Assembly: GCF_021378375.1 (NCBI RefSeq)
Contig: NZ_CP076228.1
Coordinates: forward strand, 930,001-962,000
Reading direction: 5' to 3'
Length of the DNA: 32,000 bases
Origin: Wolbachia endosymbiont of Drosophila innubila
GTDB taxonomy: Bacteria > Pseudomonadota > Alphaproteobacteria > Rickettsiales > Anaplasmataceae
Shown here: in pieces, positions 30,460-32,000 of the stretch
Layout of the letters: each line of letters starts with the position of its first letter
How positions within the stretch are numbered: the stretch's first letter is position 1
The notes under the pieces: generated by a model
The model's input: only the letters and a program-made list of their open reading frames with translations
What the model was told of the DNA's origin: nothing
Databases searched by the model: none
Position numbers and translations under genes: made by a program

Positions 30460-31324
30460 TAAATTCAAGCATATTCCCTCTTTAACATAACCCTACTCAT
30501 AGCTAGGTATATGAAATTCTCAGTGGATGTTGTGAGTAAATCATACTCCTTCGATAGCCTTCTATTCCTATTAACCCAAGCAAAAGTCCTTTCTACAACC
30601 CATCTTCTTGGCTGTACTTTAAACCCTTGTTCTCTTGTTGGTAGTAGCTCAGGTGGCGTATCTTTGTGCACCCAAAATCTACATGGAGGCCTTTTAACAA
30701 TTTCAATATCTATGTCATATTCTTCCTTTATGTGATTCTTTAAATTTCTTCCTTGGTATCCCATGTCAGCCCACATTTTTTTAACTTTAGTATATTTTGT
30801 TCTCATATTGTTTAATGCTATTTTAATACCATCTCTATCATTTTCGTTAGCAGCGCCTACGTAACAACCTAGTATAAAACCCTGAGTGTCTGTAATTATA
30901 TGCCTTTTTCTACCCTTTACTTTTTACTTCCATCATAGCTTTGATCCCCCTTTTCTGTAGTCTTTACAGATTGACTATCTACTATACAGGCACTCGGCTG
31001 CTCATTCTTTCCTATTTTTCTTCTACTATATTTTGTAATTTCATAATTCATTTTCTCAAAAATTCCCTGCTTCTTCCATTGCCTGAACTGCTCATACACA
31101 GTCTTCCATAGCGGAAAATCATTTGGTAAATACCGCCATTGACACCCTGTACGCAATACATAGAAAATTGCTTCTAATATTTCTTTTTTGCTATACTTTG
31201 GCAGCCTTCCTCCTTTCTTGTATGATACTCTGAAGTGTTTTTCTATTCTTGCCCATTCCCTTTCGCTTAGATCTGTTGGATACTTTTTTCTCATCTTTAC
31301 CCCGTACTAAAATTTCAGATATTA
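30440..31324 (-). mobile_element. ISWpi1-like IS5-family insertion sequence, copy 1 (apparently lacking its transposase-proximal end)
   Basis: Transposase ORFA 30917-31294 (MRKKYPTDLSEREWARIEKHF...RTGCQWRYLP) and ORFB (read frame through 30465, ...MWADMGYQG...WVVERTFAWVNRNRRLSKEYD). The left end (30440) recurs at 31324, giving an 884-bp period. Confidence 0.85.
30465..31294 (-). CDS. IS5-family transposase, two ORFs probably joined by -1 ribosomal frameshifting
   Basis: ORFA ends ...KGDQSYDGSKK* at AAA AAG TAA (30917-30925). A -1 shift yields ...YDGSKK-VKGRKRHIITDTQGFILGCYVGAANENDRDGIKIALNNMRTKYTKVKKMWADMGYQG..., a continuous canonical transposase sequence. Confidence 0.8.
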
Positions 31325-32000
31325 GAGGTTGTTCGGAAACTAGTAAATTCAAGCATATTCCCTCTTTAACATAACCCTACTCATAGCTAGGTATATGAAA
31401 TTCTCAGTGGATGTTGTGAGTAAATCATACTCCTTCGATAGCCTTCTATTCCTATTAACCCAAGCAAAAGTCCTTTCTACAACCCATCTTCTTGGCTGTA
31501 CTTTAAACCCTTGTTCTCTTGTTGGTAGTAGCTCAGGTGGCGTATCTTTGTGCACCCAAAATCTACATGGAGGCCTTTTAACAATTTCAATATCTATGTC
31601 ATATTCTTCCTTTATGTGATTCTTTAAATTTCTTCCTTGGTATCCCATGTCAGCCCACATTTTTTAACTTTAGTATATTTTGTTCTCATATTGTTTAATG
31701 CTATTTTAATACCATCTCTATCATTTTCGTTAGCAGCGCCTACGTAACAACCTAGTATAAAACCCTGAGTGTCTGTAATTATATGCCTTTTTCTACCCTT
31801 TACTTTTTACTTCCATCATAGCTTTGATCCCCCCTTTTCTGTAGTCTTTACAGATTGACTATCTACTATACAGGCACTCGGCTGCTCATTCTTTCCTATT
31901 TTCTTCTACTATATTTTGTAATTTCATAATTCATTTTCTCAAAAATTCCCTGCTTCTTCCATTGCCTGAACTGCTCATACACAGTCTTCCATAGCGGAAA
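31325..32000 (-). mobile_element. ISWpi1-like IS5-family insertion sequence, copy 2 (truncated by window end; transposase disrupted)
   Basis: Near-identical to 30441 onward. 1-nt homopolymer differences at 31660-31665, 31829-31834 and 31899-31902, each breaking the transposase frame. Confidence 0.85.

Noticed and set aside
30511-30735. 74-aa plus-strand ORF in the IS (and its duplicate at 31395-31619)
   Set aside because: Antisense to the transposase; duplication simply follows the tandem IS.

Overview
This window looks like a chromosomal segment of a Wolbachia-type alphaproteobacterium (Rickettsiales). That call rests on protein character, AT-rich composition, dispersed palindromic intergenic repeats and the IS content; no database search was possible. 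It carries mostly housekeeping genes: nuoB (partial), nuoC, mdh, tatD, rppH, a P-loop kinase, rsfS, tyrS, ruvA, ruvB, mpg, purF, rodA, an MrpD/NuoN-like antiporter subunit, an NDUFA12-like protein, an MlaD-like protein, a stand-alone virB9, rnhB, mraY, a quinone oxidoreductase, ctaG, a Bax inhibitor-1 family protein, an rlmB-like methyltransferase, an Smr-domain protein, asd and an amino-acid permease, plus several hypothetical proteins. Mobile DNA: two decayed IS5-family/IS903-like copies (6022-7094, 18458-19507), a 327-bp MITE-like element sharing their terminal inverted repeats (24146-24472), an IS110-family element (about 26285-27470) with a frameshifted recombinase, and two tandem ISWpi1-like IS5-family copies (30440-31324 and 31325 to window end). 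The most notable observation is a well-supported candidate bridge RNA upstream of the IS110 recombinase. It has a 5' hairpin followed by two stem-loops. One internal loop carries segments matching the host flank (GACACT / CCAG) and the other carries segments matching the element's own ends (ACAGTATCT / TACAAG). Other points: a likely -1 programmed frameshift (AAAAAG-UAA) in the ISWpi1-like transposase, three homopolymer indels separating the tandem copies, divergent promoters upstream of ruvA implying an unassigned leftward transcript, and a strong terminator overlapping the predicted mpg start. No CRISPR array, tRNA/rRNA, prophage or defence island was recognised.
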